From an uncultured virus (IMG/VR IMGVR_UViG_2061766007_004328) (lineage: Duplodnaviria > Heunggongvirae > Uroviricota > Caudoviricetes), in the IMG/VR virus record IMGVR_UViG_2061766007_004328: DNA of 64,000 nt; one strand, written 5' to 3'. Numbering within the stretch: position 1 is the first letter of the stretch; each line of letters opens with the position of its first letter. The notes beneath the pieces were generated by a model. The model had not been told where the DNA came from. It saw only the letters and a program-made list of their open reading frames with translations, and did no database searches. Positions 46,439 to 56,576 of the stretch are shown here, piece by piece. A program made the position numbers and the translations under genes.

Positions 46439-47558
46439 ATGGCAGATATGAACAAGCCTCTGATGGATATCGATCAGCCGTCGATGCAGGCGGAGATCGA
46501 GTCCTACGAGATGGGCGAAGGCAAGGTATGGCCCATCCTGTTCCCTCTGAAGCCTACCAGCAAGTTCGACATCAAGTCGCTCGCCGGCAAGGAGGGTGTT
46601 CCCATTTCCGCTGACCGCGTTGCGTTCAACGTCAAGGCGAAAGCCAAGACCCGCAAGACCATCGGTTCGTGGAGCGGCAAGCTCGGTAAGATTTCCATCG
46701 AGCGTGACAAGAACGAAATCGACATCAACGAGTATCAGGATCTGTCCGCTATCGTGGCGGCTCTTCCCGAAGGCTCCGACAACTCCGCAAAGCAGGAGTT
46801 GGTCGATATGGTGTACGATGACGTCGAGTACGTGAACGTCGGTATGGACACCAAGGTCGAGGTCGATGCCTGCCGCATCGGCTCGNNNNNNNNNNNNNNN
46901 NNNNNNNGGCGACAACGCCACCGAGGACATCATCAACTTCAACGTTCCGGCTGAGAACTTCAACGGCGTGGCCGTCGTCTGGAGCAACCACAAGGACGCT
47001 GACGGTATCTCCGATATCGCCAATCGCTACAAAGCGATGCGTGCGAAAGGTAAGCATCTCCGCTACGCCATTATGGAGCAGCAGGCTTTCGAGCATCTGT
47101 GCGCCCAGGAGGCTACGCTGAAGAAGCTGTCGGGCTACAACGCCCTGACCGGCAAGTCGCTCATCCTGACCCAGAACTCGGTCACGATCGAGGCCATCAA
47201 CTCGTTTATGATCTCCCAGGGCTTCCCTCAGATTCTCGTCATCGAGACCGAGGCTGGCATCGAGGGCGACGACGGCGAGGTGACCACGATCAAGCCGTGG
47301 GCTCAGAATGTCGTCACCCTGGCTCCGACGATCCAGCTCGGCTGGACGTACTGGAAGACCGTCCCGACCGTGCCGAACACCGACGCTGTGCAGGCGTACG
47401 GCCCGTTCTACAAGGTCACTCGCTACTCGCAACTGAACCCGATGCTGGAGGTCACTCTGGCGGAGGCGTACATCCAGTGCGTGCTCATCAACCGTTCCAC
47501 CGTGAACTTCCTGAACACGCAGTACGTGAGCACTTGGAACGGCGGCGAACCCGCCTAA
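46439..47558 (+). CDS. Major capsid protein (frame broken by N gap 46886-46907)
   Basis: Two ORF halves joined across the gap; SADRVAFN, WSGKLGKISIER; size and position. Confidence 0.7.
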
Positions 47559-47571
47559 AGCAGTCTGACCT

Positions 47572-47892
47572 ATGGATGTAAGGAAAGCGCTCTTGAGCAC
47601 GGTGTCATTTCCCCTGTCCGCCGGACAGGTGGAAGTGATTGCCGAGGATAGAGACCTCAAGCTCGATGCTGAGTACACGAAGAAGATTGGCAAGACCGAA
47701 GGCTTCCAGCTGGCCAAAGCCGATATGATCCGCTGCATCATCACGGCACCCAACGTGTCGGAGGGCGGCGTCAGCATATCGATCGAAGACCGCAAGACGC
47801 TCATCGGAATCGCCAACGGAATCTATGCGAAGTACGAGCCCGAATCCTTTATCCAAGAGGCCATCCCGACGGTAACACCGATTGAAGACTGA
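47572..47892 (+). CDS. Head-tail adaptor-like protein
   Basis: APNVSEGGVSIS; position after capsid. Confidence 0.6.
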   Translation: MDVRKALLSTVSFPLSAGQVEVIAEDRDLKLDAEYTKKIGKTEGFQLAKADMIRCIITAPNVSEGGVSISIEDRKTLIGIANGIYAKYEPESFIQEAIPTVTPIED

Positions 47893-47904
47893 CACGGAGG
47901 AGCT

Positions 47905-48252
47905 ATGATCGAAGTCAGGTTCAGACCTCATACGATTTCCCTGCTGGATGTGGTCGCCGGTGGATATGACGACAAAGCCGAAGGCGTCGTCCCCGGTGAC
48001 TACATTCCCGGCACGGAGGTTTGGTCGGAAAGAATCCCCTGCCGCTACGAACCGAACGGGCGTGCCCGTACGATACCCGTAGGCAACGGCAAGGACTATG
48101 TGTACGAGTACACAGTTTATCTCAACACGGACTGCCCCGACGTGAGGTACGGGCAAGAGTGCCGGTTGTACGACCAGAATGGGGTCTGTATCGGAAAGTT
48201 CAAGGTTCAGGGCTTCCACCGTGGTCAGCTGGACGCGAAAATCTGGGTCTGA
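47905..48252 (+). CDS. Head closure-like protein
   Basis: Position; VQGFHRGQLDAKIWV end. Confidence 0.55.
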   Translation: MIEVRFRPHTISLLDVVAGGYDDKAEGVVPGDYIPGTEVWSERIPCRYEPNGRARTIPVGNGKDYVYEYTVYLNTDCPDVRYGQECRLYDQNGVCIGKFKVQGFHRGQLDAKIWV

Positions 48253-48272
48253 CACCGAAAACAGCAACGGAT

Positions 48273-48674
48273 ATGGGAAAGATTTCCGAAATCGAAATCA
48301 AGGACAAGTTGTACTCCCTGCTCGTATCGAAGGGGGTTGACACGAAGATCACCGGGCATATCTACAAGGATAAGCGCCCGACGAACTCGATGTCCGAGGA
48401 TATCTGGATCAGCGTGCTGGACAGCGATACCGAGCAGGTTCAGGGTTTCATCGTCAACGTGAACGCGTATGTGCCGAATGTCAAGCGCGGCGACGAGCTG
48501 ATCATCAACGATCCGAGGATTCGCGAGCTGTCCGCCATCCTGCTCGAGGCCCTCGCCAGCACGGTCGCCGGCGGCTTCCAGATCGCCATCGCAAAGCAGA
48601 GGGTGATGGAAGTTAACGACACGCCGCTTCACGTCATTAACAACCGCGTTATCGTACAGTATTGCACTGCGTAG
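48273..48674 (+). CDS. Tail terminator-like protein
   Basis: ITGHIYKDKRP..EDI..VNVNAYVPN; position before tail tube. Confidence 0.55.
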   Translation: MGKISEIEIKDKLYSLLVSKGVDTKITGHIYKDKRPTNSMSEDIWISVLDSDTEQVQGFIVNVNAYVPNVKRGDELIINDPRIRELSAILLEALASTVAGGFQIAIAKQRVMEVNDTPLHVINNRVIVQYCTA

Positions 48675-48744
48675 TAACCGAGTGACTATCAGTCGCTTAA
48701 AGCGAAAGTAATTCGTTAGTAACATCGTTAACACCTGTAAAGCT

Positions 48745-49320
48745 ATGACTCAACAGAAACTGTCTATTGCGTGGGGTAAGCCGAAAATCTTCTACCGCAA
48801 GGTTACCGATTCCTTCTGGAAAAAGGTTCCTGACGTAGTGGAGGATTCGTATCAGCTCACGCCGACGAAGGGTGACAAGAAGACTGCGAACGTTGAAGGT
48901 GGTGAGGCCGAGGCTGTGAAGCACAAGGCCAATTCGTATGAGGCCGCTTACGCACTGCGCCTGGCCGCAGAGCGCGAGATGCACATCGACCACACGAACG
49001 GTCTCGTGGATGACGAATACGCCCTCTGTGTCATCCCGGAAGACGCCAATGTCCCCGGCCCGTACATCGAGCGTTCCGAGGTGTCCGTCGAAGACCCGAT
49101 GAACGCCGAGGATGGTTCCAACTGGACTTACACGCACTCCTGCTTGAAGCCGGTTTCCGGCGGCAAGATCGTGAAGTGGGGCAAGTTCACCGCGACCGAG
49201 GGTACCGGCGCCGATGCCGGCAAGTACACCATCGCCGCCGCCCAGGGCTACGACTTCGCAGCTGCCACCCAGCTGCAGCCCTCCGGCAGCGGTAGCGGCA
49301 GTGGCTCCGGCTCTGCTTAG
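48745..49320 (+). CDS. Major tail (tube) protein
   Basis: AWGKPKI..LTPTKGDKKTANVEGGE; C-terminal GS repeat. Confidence 0.65.
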   Translation: MTQQKLSIAWGKPKIFYRKVTDSFWKKVPDVVEDSYQLTPTKGDKKTANVEGGEAEAVKHKANSYEAAYALRLAAEREMHIDHTNGLVDDEYALCVIPEDANVPGPYIERSEVSVEDPMNAEDGSNWTYTHSCLKPVSGGKIVKWGKFTATEGTGADAGKYTIAAAQGYDFAAATQLQPSGSGSGSGSGSA

Positions 49321-49368
49321 AAACCTAAACCGCTCTTCGCCCGTCGGAGCATAAACGACGGGCTATAC

Positions 49369-49447
49369 ATCCCCGTAGCTCAGTTGGTAGAGCGCTACGG
49401 ACGGCCTGTAGCCGTAGGGGTCGCTGGTTCGAATCCAGTCGGGGAAA
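49369..49447 (+). tRNA. tRNA-like gene with an enlarged anticodon loop
   Basis: TCCCCG/CGGGGA acceptor; GCTC-AGTTGGTA-GAGC D arm; GCTGG-TTCGAAT-CCAGT T arm; CTACGG-ACGGCCTGTAG-CCGTAG anticodon arm. Confidence 0.65.
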
Positions 49448-49605
49448 CAAAGCAGTTTGCCGGATGCAGGTGGGCGACACTATACAATGGGACACCGTGA
49501 AAGGTGTGGTGGATGGCGTTGTAGAGAGCGTTGCCGGTACGCGGTGCCTCGCCCGACTCGATAACGGCAAGTGCGTAATTGTTGACCAATCAAGCATCAT
49601 CGAAG

Positions 49606-50106
49606 ATGGCAAAGAAAAAGATTGAAGAACGTGTCGCCGATACCATCCTGCAGCGCGACATCACTGTTTCGGCCGGTGGCCGGAGCTTTACCGTCCCGGC
49701 GCCAACGCTCGGGACTCTCATTATGGTTTCAGAGCGAATCGCGGAGATACCGTATCTGGGCGCCGAGAAGAACGCGGCGGTCATTCTCGCGAACGCACGG
49801 CAGGGCCACGCCATCGCGGAGGTGCTTGCCATTTATATCCTCGGAGCAAAAGCCATCAAGGAGGACGTAAACGCCCCAAAAAAGAGACTTTCGTTCCTCT
49901 CCAAAGGTAACACCCCGAAGAGCAAGCTGGAGGAGCTGACGGAGGATATAGAGCTATCTATGACACCCGGGGATATGAACGCCCTGTACGCCCAGCTGAT
50001 CGAAGCAACCGACTTTTCGGATTTTTTCGAAGTTTCCACTTTCCTGAGAGAAGCAAGTCTGACAAGGCCGACGAAAGTGGAAACGACAGCATCTGGGCAG
50101 TCGTAG
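49606..50106 (+). CDS. Tail assembly chaperone
   Basis: Between tail tube and tape measure; slippery T TTT TTC at 50022-50028. Confidence 0.7.
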   Translation: MAKKKIEERVADTILQRDITVSAGGRSFTVPAPTLGTLIMVSERIAEIPYLGAEKNAAVILANARQGHAIAEVLAIYILGAKAIKEDVNAPKKRLSFLSKGNTPKSKLEELTEDIELSMTPGDMNALYAQLIEATDFSDFFEVSTFLREASLTRPTKVETTASGQS

Positions 50107-50291
50107 CAGGCATTGTCAAGTCGTTCAACGTCACTTTCGAGTACGTGTTGTATGAAATGAGCTACCAGAATCTGTCGCTCTACAGCGCCGTTTTGCCCCG
50201 ATACGACTCGAAGAAACAAGAAAGCAAGCCGATGTACAACGGCGATAATCTGGAAAGCGTAGAGGCATTTATCCGAGCAAATAACTACTGA
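50022..50291 (+). CDS. -1 frameshift extension of the tail assembly chaperone
   Basis: Open -1 frame (..DSIWAVVAGIVKSFNVTFEYVLYEMSYQNL..) to TGA at 50291. Confidence 0.6.
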   Translation, partial: FFRSFHFPERSKSDKADESGNDSIWAVVAGIVKSFNVTFEYVLYEMSYQNLSLYSAVLPRYDSKKQESKPMYNGDNLESVEAFIRANNY

Positions 50292-50293
50292 TT

Positions 50294-53200
50294 ATGGCTG
50301 ACGACGGAAGAATCCATATAGTAATTGACGGTGACGCATCGGCGTTGAAGAAGGCGCTGACTGACGTCAAATCGTCCCTCAATGAGACCGACAAGCAGGC
50401 GAAGGCCGCCGGTACTTCCGTGGAGAAGTCCACGTCGAAGATCGGCCAGTCGCTCAGTTCGATGGCTGCGAAGTATCTTTCAGTGGCCGCTGCCGCTGCC
50501 CTGGTCGCAAAGACGATCAAGAACGTCATCGAGACCAACAAGCAGTTCGAGCGCAAGGCGTCCGAACTTGCGTCCATTCTGAATACCACGAAAGACGGTG
50601 TAGAGGATCTGACGAAAGCGGCAAGCGAGCTGGGCCGCACAACGGAGTTCACGGCTTCGGAGGTGGTCGATCTGCAGATGGCTCTCGCCCGTCTCGGCTT
50701 CACGCAGTCGCAGATTCTTGATATGGAAGGTCCGGTGCTGAAGTTTGCCGCCGCAGTCGGCGCAGACCTCGGATCTGCGGCCAACTTTGCCGGTGCAGCC
50801 CTTCGCGGCTTCGGCCTTGAGGCAAAGGATGCGAACCATCTGCTCGATGTGATGGCCGCTTCGACCACGAAATCCGCCCTCGACTTCCACAAGCTGGAAA
50901 CCTCGATCGCTATCGTGGCGCCGGTCGCCCATTCGTTCGGCCTGTCAGTCGAGGATGCGATTACCCTGCTCGGCTCGCTGTCCAACGCGGGCTTCGGTGC
51001 ATCTATGGCAGCTACGGCAACCCGTAGAATCCTGTTGAACCTCGCGGATGCCAACGGCAAGCTGGCGAAGGGTCTTGGTCACACGGCGCAGACGTTCCCG
51101 GAAATCATAGCCGCCCTGAAGGAGTGCCAGGAGAAAGGCATCGACCTGAACGATACTCTCGAGATGACCGACACGCAGTCCGTGGCTGCGTTCTCTGCTC
51201 TCATCAACGGAGCCGACTCCGCAGAAGAGCTCCGTAAGGCTCTCGGCGATGTGGACGGAACGCTGAACGATATGTACGAGACGATGACGGACAACCTTGC
51301 AGGTGCCATCAAGCAGCTGTCGTCCGCGTGGGAAGGTCTGGTACTTACGATGCAGAACTCCACCGGGCCGATGGCCAGCGTGGTGAAGCGTCTTGCCCGT
51401 GGAATCAATATCCTGACCGACCTCGCGGAAGGAAAGACGCTCAGCGAGGCGAAGCAGAAGCAGATGGGTGAAGCCATTATGGCAACCGGCCAGTTCAGCA
51501 CTGTCGAGGATTACGACAAAGAGATCAACCGTCTGCTTTATAAAGAGGGGGGCGCAAGAGGGAAAGAGCTTCAGTACCTTGAGGGCCTGCGATACGCCCG
51601 TATGCAGACATATATCAAGGAGCAGAACGCCGCCATAGAAGCGATGTTCGCCGAAGATTCGGGCACCAACGGTGGTGGTGGCGGTGGTGGTAATCACGTG
51701 CTGACCGATGCCGAGAAGAAAGCCATCCAGCGATATAGGGAAGCCTACGAGAAGGCTGTCACGCAAATGTGGAAGGAGGTCGATAACTCGACCGTAGCAG
51801 CTATGCAGGAAGGCACAGCGAAGAAGCTGGCGCAGATCCACAACGAGGAGAAGCAGGCCATTGCCGCAATCGACGAGGAGCAGGACGAGCTGGAGAAGGC
51901 CGCGAAGAAGGCCGGCAAGACCGTCTCTCAGGAAACATACGACCAGTTGCAGCAGCGCAGGGAGAACGCCCACAAGGTCGCTCGCAACAAGGAGGATGAC
52001 GTTCTGATGGAGCAGCTGCAGAACCAGTGGGACTACCTGACTACATACGGCAGCTACAAAGAGCGGGAGCTGGCCATCACGAAGAAGTATGACGAGGAAA
52101 TCGCACGTGAGCAGGATGAGTTCAAGAAGAAGATTCTCGAGAAGCAGAAGGAGGCAGAGCTGGCGCAGAATGAGCTGGCGCAGCTGCAAGAGACATACGG
52201 CGATCCGGAAGACTACCAGAACGTCGAGAAGGCGAAGGAAGCCACGGAGAAACTGTACGAGGCGCAGATAAAGGTGGCGCAGGCGAAGGGCGACACCGCC
52301 GAGGCGATGAAGCTCCAGCTGGAGCTGCAGAAGAAGCTCGATGACATCGACAAGCGGAAGGGCGGCAAGTTCTACAACGTGTTCCGTGACACCGACCGGA
52401 TGAACATCGTGCAGATCCAGGAGGCCATACAGACCGCCGAGGAGCAGATCGAGAAGATGTCGGCTGACGCCAACGCGAAAGCCAGTGATATAGACGCCTG
52501 GCGGCAGGCCCTTCAGAACCTCAAGCAAGCCGCCAACGATTTCTCGCTGCCCGGCGTGCTGAAAAGCCTGTTCTCCATAGATAAGGACAACCCGAATGAG
52601 GGTGCCAGCCTTGCGGATCGCCTCAAGGCGCTGAAGAAGGCTTGGGACAATATGTCCGCAGAGGACAAGTGGAAGAATATCGGTGGATGGGCTGCCAAGA
52701 TCGGTGAAAGTCTCGGCAGGGCCGCTGAGTTTATGAATCAGCTCGCCGACATAAGCGGTGACGGACGGCTGAAGGAATCCGCCGAGCAGCTGGGCGCCGT
52801 GGCGCAGAACTTCGCTGCTGCTGGTCAGGGTGCCGCGGCCGGAGGATGGATCGGAGCCATCGTAGGAGGAGCGGGCGATATGCTCTCGCAAACCATAGCT
52901 GCGATAACCGAATCCGCGCTGATGGAGGCCCAGGCCAAGAAGAACGCCGAGGATTGGGCGATGGCCCTGAAGAACGTCGGCGTGGAGATGGATATTCTCT
53001 CTTACGAATCGCCTTTCGGCGACCGGAAGCTGGCGAAGGGTCGCGAGGCGATGCGTTCGTCGCTCGAGGCCACGAAGCGGTATAGCGAGGAGCTTGCGGC
53101 CCTCAATAAGAAATACTCCGAGCAGGAGATAGAGCAGTACACCCAGCGGTCGATCGGCTCCACGGTGTTCGGCTTCGGAGCCGGTGGCCTTATCGATATG

Positions 53201-54229
53201 ATGACCGCCGGTACGACCCTCGGCCTCGCGTTCCTGTCGCCGCTCCTCGGCATCGAGAAGAAGAAGGTGACGAACGAGTTCAAGGCGTATCAGGATGCCA
53301 TTCAGAAGGGTTACGACGGCTTGCAGCGGATGATGGTCAAGACCAAAGACCGCAGCGGCTGGGCGAACTTTTGGGGCAAGCAGGACGAGTACACCGCGCT
53401 TGCCGACCTGTACCCGGAGTTGTTCAAGAACGGCGAGCTGGTCATCGAGAACGCCAAGAAGCTGCTCGAGACCAACAATGCCCTCGATGAAAGCCAGAAG
53501 GAGCAGATCAAGAATCTCGTAGAGCTGAAGGAGAAGTATGACGAGGCTATGAAGGCCGTTGACGAGGCCATCTCCGATACCTTCGGAAACATCGCTTCGG
53601 ATATGACGGACGTCATCTGGGACAGCGTGGTCAACGGTGGGGAGAATGCCTGGGAACGGTTCGGTGAGATCGGCTCGCAGACCATCGTGAAGCTCGGAAA
53701 GGATCTGATTCAGGAGATGATTATCACGGAGTACCTCGAGCAGTACCGGGAGCAGATGCGTAACGCCTACGGACTGAACGATGCGACCGCAACCTCGCAG
53801 GCCCTGCGTGGTATCGTCGCGCAGATCTTCGGCGGTATGGAGATGATGTTCGATGCCGGCAGCGCCGTGGCGAAGGAATGGGACGAGTGGGCGAAGGCTT
53901 ACGGCTTCAACCTCTCCGAGAACTCCGAAGACACGCGGAAGGCCGCTACGAAGTCTGCGCTCGGTGCCTCGCAGGATTCCATCGACGAGAGCAACGGCCG
54001 TCTCGCCACGGTGCAGACGCACACCTTCGAGCTGAACGAGAACGTGAAGGAGATGAAGAACCAGCACAACCAGCTGGTGGCACAGACCGCCGCCCTGTTG
54101 GAACACGTCCAGGGCATCCACTCCGACACCGGCGCGATGCGGTTGGCCATCGCCGACCTGAACGTGGCGGTAGCGGCTATCAAGAGTAATGTAGGAACCA
54201 TCGTTGACGCAGGAGTAAGGGTAAGATGA
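50294..54229 (+). CDS. Tail tape measure protein
   Basis: 1311 aa, helical Ala-rich; LGRTTEFTASEV..LARLGF. Confidence 0.92.
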   Translation: MADDGRIHIVIDGDASALKKALTDVKSSLNETDKQAKAAGTSVEKSTSKIGQSLSSMAAKYLSVAAAAALVAKTIKNVIETNKQFERKASELASILNTTKDGVEDLTKAASELGRTTEFTASEVVDLQMALARLGFTQSQILDMEGPVLKFAAAVGADLGSAANFAGAALRGFGLEAKDANHLLDVMAASTTKSALDFHKLETSIAIVAPVAHSFGLSVEDAITLLGSLSNAGFGASMAATATRRILLNLADANGKLAKGLGHTAQTFPEIIAALKECQEKGIDLNDTLEMTDTQSVAAFSALINGADSAEELRKALGDVDGTLNDMYETMTDNLAGAIKQLSSAWEGLVLTMQNSTGPMASVVKRLARGINILTDLAEGKTLSEAKQKQMGEAIMATGQFSTVEDYDKEINRLLYKEGGARGKELQYLEGLRYARMQTYIKEQNAAIEAMFAEDSGTNGGGGGGGNHVLTDAEKKAIQRYREAYEKAVTQMWKEVDNSTVAAMQEGTAKKLAQIHNEEKQAIAAIDEEQDELEKAAKKAGKTVSQETYDQLQQRRENAHKVARNKEDDVLMEQLQNQWDYLTTYGSYKERELAITKKYDEEIAREQDEFKKKILEKQKEAELAQNELAQLQETYGDPEDYQNVEKAKEATEKLYEAQIKVAQAKGDTAEAMKLQLELQKKLDDIDKRKGGKFYNVFRDTDRMNIVQIQEAIQTAEEQIEKMSADANAKASDIDAWRQALQNLKQAANDFSLPGVLKSLFSIDKDNPNEGASLADRLKALKKAWDNMSAEDKWKNIGGWAAKIGESLGRAAEFMNQLADISGDGRLKESAEQLGAVAQNFAAAGQGAAAGGWIGAIVGGAGDMLSQTIAAITESALMEAQAKKNAEDWAMALKNVGVEMDILSYESPFGDRKLAKGREAMRSSLEATKRYSEELAALNKKYSEQEIEQYTQRSIGSTVFGFGAGGLIDMMTAGTTLGLAFLSPLLGIEKKKVTNEFKAYQDAIQKGYDGLQRMMVKTKDRSGWANFWGKQDEYTALADLYPELFKNGELVIENAKKLLETNNALDESQKEQIKNLVELKEKYDEAMKAVDEAISDTFGNIASDMTDVIWDSVVNGGENAWERFGEIGSQTIVKLGKDLIQEMIITEYLEQYREQMRNAYGLNDATATSQALRGIVAQIFGGMEMMFDAGSAVAKEWDEWAKAYGFNLSENSEDTRKAATKSALGASQDSIDESNGRLATVQTHTFELNENVKEMKNQHNQLVAQTAALLEHVQGIHSDTGAMRLAIADLNVAVAAIKSNVGTIVDAGVRVR

Positions 54230-55269
54230 TGCACGATGTAATCATAGACGGTGTGAACATCCGGCAGAAGTTCCGGGCGTACCTTCAGGATGGAGCTTAC
54301 GGCCCCGTCCTGCAGTGGCCTTCCACCAAGCAGGTAAAGCAGAACGAGTGGCAGGAGGAAGACGGCACGGAGCCGGATCTGTCGGACATCAAGCTCGATA
54401 CCCGGTCGCTGGTCATCCCGTTCATCCTGAAGGGATATGCCGACGAGATCACCGCGTTCTACAAGTTCTTCGGAGAAAAGCCGAGCCGGGAGTTCCAGTT
54501 CTCCGCCCTCGGTCAGACGCTGACGCTCCGGCTGGAGTCAATGGCGAGTCTCGACTATGCGATGACGTTCCATATCCTGCCGATACAGTTCGCGGCGGAC
54601 ATTCCGCTGGAGGGATATACGTACGCCGATCCGGTGTCTTCGCTTGCCGACTCCCGGGACTTCATCCTCGACGGATGGTTGTTCTCCGACTACGGGATGA
54701 CGATTCTTGAGGGCTCGATAGAGACTGTCGTGAAGGGTCAGCCGGTGCGTCCCCTGCTCGTTCGCAGGCCGTCCGTGATTGACGGTGCGACCTACGACCA
54801 GAACCCGGTGCTGAACGACCCGAACGACGAGCTGCCGGACGATGAATACGAATCCGTCGGCTCGTCATATGACGGCGTGGCCGGCACGTGGAAGCGCAGC
54901 ATCTCCGTCGGCGAGGTGACATACAAGGGCAAGGAGATAACGCTGAACTGCCTGCTCCGCGACACCACGGCGGCAGCGGCCCTGCGGAACTACTACGCCC
55001 TGCTGTACAATCTCGTCAGGAAGGACAACACCGTGGACGACGCCCTGGATGCCTGCAAGCGGACGCTATACTGCGCAGCGAACAGCACGTACTACGAAGG
55101 GTACTACAAGAGCCAGCGGGTGAAGGACGCCTACTTCCGCGACGGCCTCGCGTGGATCGAGTTCTCGATGACGCTGGCCATCACTAAGGAGTTCACGTTG
55201 CACCGCGTCCTGCAGGCCGAGAGCGGCCACGTGGTACTGACCGAAAACGGATACGCAATACTTGTCTAA
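54226..55269 (+). CDS. Distal tail-like protein
   Basis: Follows tape measure; NEWQEEDGTEPDLS. Confidence 0.55.
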   Translation: MMHDVIIDGVNIRQKFRAYLQDGAYGPVLQWPSTKQVKQNEWQEEDGTEPDLSDIKLDTRSLVIPFILKGYADEITAFYKFFGEKPSREFQFSALGQTLTLRLESMASLDYAMTFHILPIQFAADIPLEGYTYADPVSSLADSRDFILDGWLFSDYGMTILEGSIETVVKGQPVRPLLVRRPSVIDGATYDQNPVLNDPNDELPDDEYESVGSSYDGVAGTWKRSISVGEVTYKGKEITLNCLLRDTTAAAALRNYYALLYNLVRKDNTVDDALDACKRTLYCAANSTYYEGYYKSQRVKDAYFRDGLAWIEFSMTLAITKEFTLHRVLQAESGHVVLTENGYAILV

Positions 55270-55288
55270 CCGCCAAAACCAACAGAAT

Positions 55289-56557
55289 ATGAGTGACGAA
55301 CTTGAGTTTGTAAAAATATCGGAACTGCCCCCGCTGCCGAATAACGACTTCACGGGATTCTATATCATCGGAACGAAGGAGAACGCATCCGGCGTTCCGA
55401 CGTCCTATGCCGTCAGCTTGACCGTGCTGGGGCAAGCCATAGCCGCCGCCACGCAAGCGGCCACCGCTGCGAACAACGCCGCTGAAGCTGCCGACGCGGC
55501 TGCACGGGCGTTCCTCGCCATCATCGTACAGCAGACCGGGCAGAACACCGACAAGGTGATGAGCCAGAAGGCCGTCACCGATGCCATCGGAAACAAGGTG
55601 GACAAGAGTGCCGGCGTGACCGGCGTGTCCTACGATACCGGCGAGAAGAAGCTGAAGAAGACCATCAACGGCGCGACAAGCGAGGTGGTCACCGCAGCGA
55701 AGGTCGTGCAAGACGGCGGTGCCGTGATCAAGGTGCAGGTGAACCACGCCGAGCAGGCCGTCACGAACAACATTGTAAACATCGACGTCCCGGTCGCATC
55801 CGATGCCGACCCGAAGATGGACGGCTCGAAGTCGCCCGGCACCGGTACGGCGTTCTCCCGTTCGGATCACGTCCACCCGTCCGACAGTTCGAAGGCCAAC
55901 AAGTCCGAAACGGTGTCCGACGTCAGCTGGGATGACAGCAACGGAAAGCTGAAGAAAACCGTCAACGGCACGACGAGCGACATCGTGACGCTCGATACCA
56001 CCCCGACCACGAACTCCAAGAAGCCGATCACGTCCGGCGGTGTGAAGAACGCCATCGCCGACTTCATTACGAAGTCCGTGAACGACCTGGTGTACTACTA
56101 CACGAAGTCACAGACCTACACGAAGGACGAGGTGCAGCAAATCATCGCCACCGTCCGGCAGTTCACGTACGAGGTGGTCAACTCACTGCCTACGGCTTCC
56201 GCCGACACTATGAACAAGATCTATCTCGTCCCGTCCACGAATCCGCAGACGCAGAATGTCAAGGACGAATACATCACAGTTCGCAGCGGCAGCGAGGGAA
56301 GCTACACCTACGCCTGGGAGCAGATCGGCTCGACGACCATCGACCTGTCCGGCTACTACACGAGCGCTCAGACCGACACGGCCATCTCCAACGCCCTGAG
56401 CGCCGCGCTCGCCAGCTACTCGACCACCACGCAGATGCAGAGTTACATTGCCGGCATCATCGCCAGCTACTACACCAAGGCCGAGGTTGACCAGAAGTTC
56501 ACCGACCTCAGTCTTTCGGTCGTGAACGGCAAGCTGTGCCAGACCTTCGTTGAATAA
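55289..56557 (+). CDS. Tail fibre / structural protein with internal repeats
   Basis: VKISELP start; two KLKKT(I/V)NG repeats; YYTK repeats. Confidence 0.6.
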   Translation: MSDELEFVKISELPPLPNNDFTGFYIIGTKENASGVPTSYAVSLTVLGQAIAAATQAATAANNAAEAADAAARAFLAIIVQQTGQNTDKVMSQKAVTDAIGNKVDKSAGVTGVSYDTGEKKLKKTINGATSEVVTAAKVVQDGGAVIKVQVNHAEQAVTNNIVNIDVPVASDADPKMDGSKSPGTGTAFSRSDHVHPSDSSKANKSETVSDVSWDDSNGKLKKTVNGTTSDIVTLDTTPTTNSKKPITSGGVKNAIADFITKSVNDLVYYYTKSQTYTKDEVQQIIATVRQFTYEVVNSLPTASADTMNKIYLVPSTNPQTQNVKDEYITVRSGSEGSYTYAWEQIGSTTIDLSGYYTSAQTDTAISNALSAALASYSTTTQMQSYIAGIIASYYTKAEVDQKFTDLSLSVVNGKLCQTFVE

Positions 56558-56576
56558 CCCATAAAAATGATTCTAT

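Noticed and set aside
46886..46907. Split or frameshifted major capsid gene
   Set aside because: The break falls exactly in an N gap
50945..54121. Long antisense ORFs (also 29315-31381, 20056-21744, 62071-63969, 1826-3214)
   Set aside because: Shadow frames of real genes caused by GC-biased codon usage; no recognisable motifs
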